Shown here piece by piece: positions 60,750 through 64,000 of a stretch of DNA of 64,000 nucleotides. Source of the DNA: Eledone cirrhosa (Eukaryota); the NCBI GenBank assembly GCA_964016885.1, contig OZ024741.1, positions 107,260,001-107,324,000 of the forward strand, read 5' to 3'. Every line of letters begins with the position of its first letter. Positions within the stretch are counted from its first letter, which is position 1. The notes under the pieces were generated by a model, which was not told the DNA's origin, did not search any database, and worked only from the letters and a program-made list of their open reading frames with translations. A program made the translations under genes and the position numbers.

Positions 60750-61292
60750 TCATGCCCTAGTGGCAAATAAAAGAAATATATCTATCTATCTATCCTCCTC
60801 CCGCCTCCCCCTCTCTCACTCTCTCTCTCCAATATATGAATTTACCTCTATCTATCCTCTATCTATCTACATATATCTGTTTCTAATTATTTAGGTATAT
60901 ATATTTGTTTACGTTGAAAAGTAAGAAAACTTGACAGAGCGACAAACAGAATTTATTTATTTTTAATTTATTAATTCCTCCATTTACACATTATGTGTAT
61001 TTTACAGCGTTGTAACACGAACATCAGGGATGTCTCTTTTATGCTGACAAGTAAAAGAAACCATTCCTCAAAACCTTATACTACATTATTCAGTGTTTGC
61101 ATGCATCTTATATACTGCAAATTAAGTGCATCCTGAAGTGGATCAAAGAAAATCTGAAATATTTTGTCAAAATTCACCATGTAACTATTTTAAAATATGT
61201 AAACAAATAACCATTAACATGAGGTTTGAGCTTAATTCCAGTGATTGAGGTTTGTTTTATTTGTTAGAAATGAGTGTCTTCTTTACTGGAAT

Positions 61293-61431
<139 letters not shown>

Positions 61432-61877
61432 GTATAGTTATATGTCTATATGTGTGTCTGTATTTATATTTTCTTCTTTTCCGTAAAGAACCTTTTCTTC
61501 TTTCCATTTTCTTTTCTGATGAAATTGTAGTGTCTGAAACGTTGTCTCATATCTTTTAAGCGTTAAAATAACATATGGTTATATTAATGTGTTGTTCTAT
61601 GGAGCTGATCATTCATTCTAGTGTTTACTTGTATTACATATATACACAAATGTATGCATTAAAAACAATTATGCATACGTACACACATGCATGCGTACAT
61701 ACGAACTCTCAAGTCTCGAATAATCTCCCCCCCCCCACACACTCACTTGAATACATCTATACGTACATGCATGCAGACATACATAAAGACATGCATGTAT
61801 ACACAGATGCATACATACATATATGCATATATACATACGTGAAAACAGAAATACATATGCACACACACACATATATA

Positions 61878-62745
<868 letters not shown>

Positions 62746-62989
62746 TATATATATACATATATAAAAACATGCATACACAAGTACATAAATATATATATAA
62801 ATAATATATATATATATATAAATATATATATAATAATAAATATATATATAAATAATATATATATATAAATATATATATAATAATAAATATATATATATAA
62901 ATAATAAATATAAATATATATATATATATACACGCATGCATATTAATGAAGCAATGAATTATGTGAAGGTCCAACACACTAAACGTCCT

Positions 62990-63220
62990 AACATTTAGTG
63001 TGTTGGGCTTTCATTCCATAAGTTCGTGGGTTCTATTTCTGTGCTCTCGACGTCTTATGTCCTTGTGCATGCACTTTATCTCACGTTGCTCCAGTTCACT
63101 GAACAGCTGAAAATGGGTGCCAGCGGCAGCTGGGATTTATTTATGGCGTCCCGTTCGGGTAGAAGTCTTGTACTTTCAGATGATTAACAACCATAAATCC
63201 AAGATAAGCTCCGTCCTTTA
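62990..63220 (+). mobile_element. SINE family B, decayed
   Basis: Similar to 16738-17005 (TCACGTTGCTCCAG, GCTGAAAATGGGTGCCAGC, TGGCGTCCCGT). Confidence 0.6.
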
Positions 63221-63434
63221 AACAACACGTGCAAGCATGCAAAAAACGGATGAAGTATCACAATGACTATATCTCAGCTCATGAATGAATAATAAAATTT
63301 GTATGTATGTATGGACTCCTAACTCCTAATGGAGTCACAGGGGCGCCACCTTCAGGCCTGAACACAGCAGATTTCTTCCAGAAAAAGAGAGATGGCGAGA
63401 GAAAAAATGGAGAAAGATATAAAGCAAGAATCGA

Positions 63435-63575
63435 TAACAGTACTAGACTGGTACATTTTATCGACCTCAAAAGGATGAAAGGCAAAGTTGATCTTTGTAG
63501 GATTTGAACTCAGAGAGCAGAGAGCCGGAACGAATGCCGCAAAGCATTATATCTAATGATCTAACGATTCTGCTA
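63435..63575 (-). mobile_element. Older SINE family A relative
   Basis: ACTGGTACATTTTATCGACC...GGATGAAAGGCAAAGT...GATTTGAACTCAGA. Confidence 0.75.
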
Positions 63576-64000
63576 ATGAATAATAGCATTTAAAATTCTT
63601 TTCATATTGAGAACAACGTCAAAAATGTAGATTTAAATTCAGTGAATAATAAAACGTATAAAAAAAGCGGGGGGGGGGGGGCACACAAAAGACAAAAATG
63701 TGGAAAGTAAGGTAAAGTAAAAAAAAAAAAAAAAACCCAAACCAGAAAAATACGTTAATTGTTGAGTATAAATTATTTATTTGTGTATATCTGAGTAAAT
63801 ATTGTTTAGGTCACGGTTTAAGCCCCCGTCAAACTATTATACATGAAGACATATTTTCAGATCTGTCTACAATGACAAACACAAAATGGCGCCACAAGAA
63901 ATATCGTTCGTCATTATTAAATATTATTTATTGTTTGTAATTTTCATTCATTTCTGATTCTGCATCCACTCTCTCTTTTTTTTAAATATAGTCTATTATT

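Overview
This is AT-rich, microsatellite-saturated animal genomic DNA, probably from an octopus or related cephalopod (inferred from the repeat profile). Most ORFs in the six-frame track are simple-repeat artefacts. The only host coding sequence I can support is one internal exon (13378-13565, +) encoding most of an Unc-4/Uncx paired-like homeodomain, which the ORF track misses. I found neither flanking exon, so the rest of the window appears to be very large introns. These hold decayed retroelements: R4/Dong LINEs in (TAA)n, Tx1-like LINEs including a near full-length copy, about 20 copies of a tRNA-derived SINE with 10-18 bp TSDs, a second SINE family, an RTE fragment, an internally deleted mariner and MITE-like fold-backs. 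The most unusual signal is a set of unrelated short elements in (TA)n tracts. Some share a 'head + arm + exact inverted arm' snap-back structure, and some carry minimal hammerhead ribozyme motifs, consistent with Penelope-like pLTR remnants. The dominant SINE's 3' end also resembles the Tx1 LINE 3' end.
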